From positions 2,240,001-2,304,000 of the forward strand of contig CAWETU010000001.1 of the NCBI GenBank assembly GCA_963812135.1: a DNA stretch of 64,000 nucleotides. Reading direction: 5' to 3'. The notes beneath the pieces were generated by a model. The model had not been told where the DNA came from. It was given only the letters and a program-made list of their open reading frames with translations, and did no database searches. Shown here in pieces: positions 62,657-64,000 of this stretch. A program made the position numbers and the translations under genes. The stretch comes from Vulcanimicrobiota bacterium. GTDB lineage: Bacteria > Vulcanimicrobiota > Vulcanimicrobiia > Eremiobacterales > Eremiobacteraceae. Numbering within the stretch: the stretch's first letter is position 1; each line of letters opens with the position of its first letter.

Positions 62657-64000
62657 GTCGCTGCAAGTCAACGGTCCTGAGGGGAGAGGCCGTGAGCGCT
62701 ACGTAGACGCTACTTGCTGCGTCAACAATTCTCCTGAGGCTTGCGGTCTCTTGAGGATCTAACATTGCACCGCTTTCGTACGCGCCGTACAGCACGAACG
62801 CGACAACTTCGCGATTTTGACGTAGCGATAAACCGATCGCGGGTTGTGCCAACCCGGCCGGCAAGTCGGATCCCGACCGCGGACCGTCCCCTAGCTTAAC
62901 GGCGCCGCGCGCGCCGAGCATTCTCGCAGCGAGGGGATCACCTGGAAGCAGATGCCAGGCAGTGCCCGCCTGGCCAGCCGACTGCTGCTTCCCGCACGAA
63001 GCCACCGTCGGCGAGCCGCGCGAACAGCGCGGCCGACGCCAATCCGAAAGCCTTGGCGGCATCGTCGACGATAAGGTGGGGTCAGTTCCGAGAGCGACGT
63101 AACCCGGTAAATGGCCGCGAGAATGCGATCGCACTCGTTCTGCGCTCGATGCCGGTGTCGAAAGAATATGAAATTGACGGTATTGTTGACCGTCTGTTGA
63201 GCGGACTTCATGACGAATCCGAGGGCGAGCGCGGCGGCGATATATGCGGCCATTTCGAAGCGGCTTTGTGCGAGCTTCTTGGTCATCAGCCAGTCGATGG
63301 CTGCGAACACCGCGATTACCAGCGCAATGAGAACTCCGTACACGAGCGATTGACCTACGACGAAACTGACATCGATCACGCGATGTTTTACCACCGCATA
63401 CGCGAACGTCAAGGGAACGATGATTACCACCAAAGTGGCAGCCGCATTGGACACCCAGACAAGTGCCGGCGAACCCCAGAAGCGGAAGACGTAGAGTACC
63501 AGTTCCATCAACAAGAAAAGACAGAATCCGACTACGATCCAACGCATCCGTTGCTTGGCCGTATCCTGAGCTCGAATGTAGGTGTCTATCAATAAGAAGC
63601 CTACGACGATCGATCCTACAATTTGCGCTGCCAGCGAGATCTTCATCAAGAGCTCGCCCGGAGGCCCGCCCTGGAACATCCACTGATAGAACCAATACAG
63701 GTTATAAGCTACTAGTACGATGATAAACGCCGGCGTAAGCCGCAAGGCCGTCAAGCGCCAGCCGCGTATCGGCTCGTTCAAGAACGTCAGTGAAAATAGC
63801 ACGAGGCCGATCCAACCCACGGCAAAGCTGATGGCGTAGTACGTGCCCATCACGAACGGCCCCGGAGATGGCAATGAGTATGCGACGACCTCCCCGCCAC
63901 CCGGAGCGTAACTAAGGCAATAGAGGAAGAAACCCCATGTCGTTAGACTCGGTCTAAGTAGGACCAGCGCCCCACCAAGAAACACCATCAGCGCAGACGC
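62643..64000 (-). CDS. Multi-TM sensor-like membrane protein with GAF-like tail (5' end outside window, frameshift near 63070)
   Basis: QRMRW, PL.FAYAV.KHR.ID, LYG...GA.LDP.E. Confidence 0.75.

Overview
High-GC (roughly 65%, estimated by eye) bacterial chromosomal window. Many genes are broken by single-base indels, most likely uncorrected long-read errors. About 1-47 kb is an accessory and housekeeping mix: oxidoreductases, glycosyltransferases, PduO, a phosphoesterase, dacB, LemA/TPM, several secreted metalloprotease-like proteins, STAND/LuxR regulators and HicAB/BrnT-type toxin-antitoxin (TA) genes. It is dotted with a GTAG-type REP palindrome whose copies all point the same way. About 47.3-57.3 kb is a visibly lower-GC defence-like island (DUF2075 helicase, DNA MTase, BglII-like REase, ParB-like protein, SNF2 helicase, DUF3883, DUF262, HEPN) preceded by a WYL regulator. 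The most striking unannotated signal is a non-coding family at four minus-strand loci. It consists of a 68-nt compact tRNA-like RNA with alanine identity elements (G3.U70, A73) but an Asp (GUC) anticodon, followed by an independently promoted, terminated ~55-nt sRNA antisense to its anticodon arm. Two loci are intact (17.1-17.4 kb, 20.8-21.0 kb), one has the tRNA-like body deleted (42.6-42.8 kb) and one is an orphan sRNA (29.5 kb). This pattern fits an all-RNA toxin-antitoxin (mistranslating tRNA) module, which is inference and untested.
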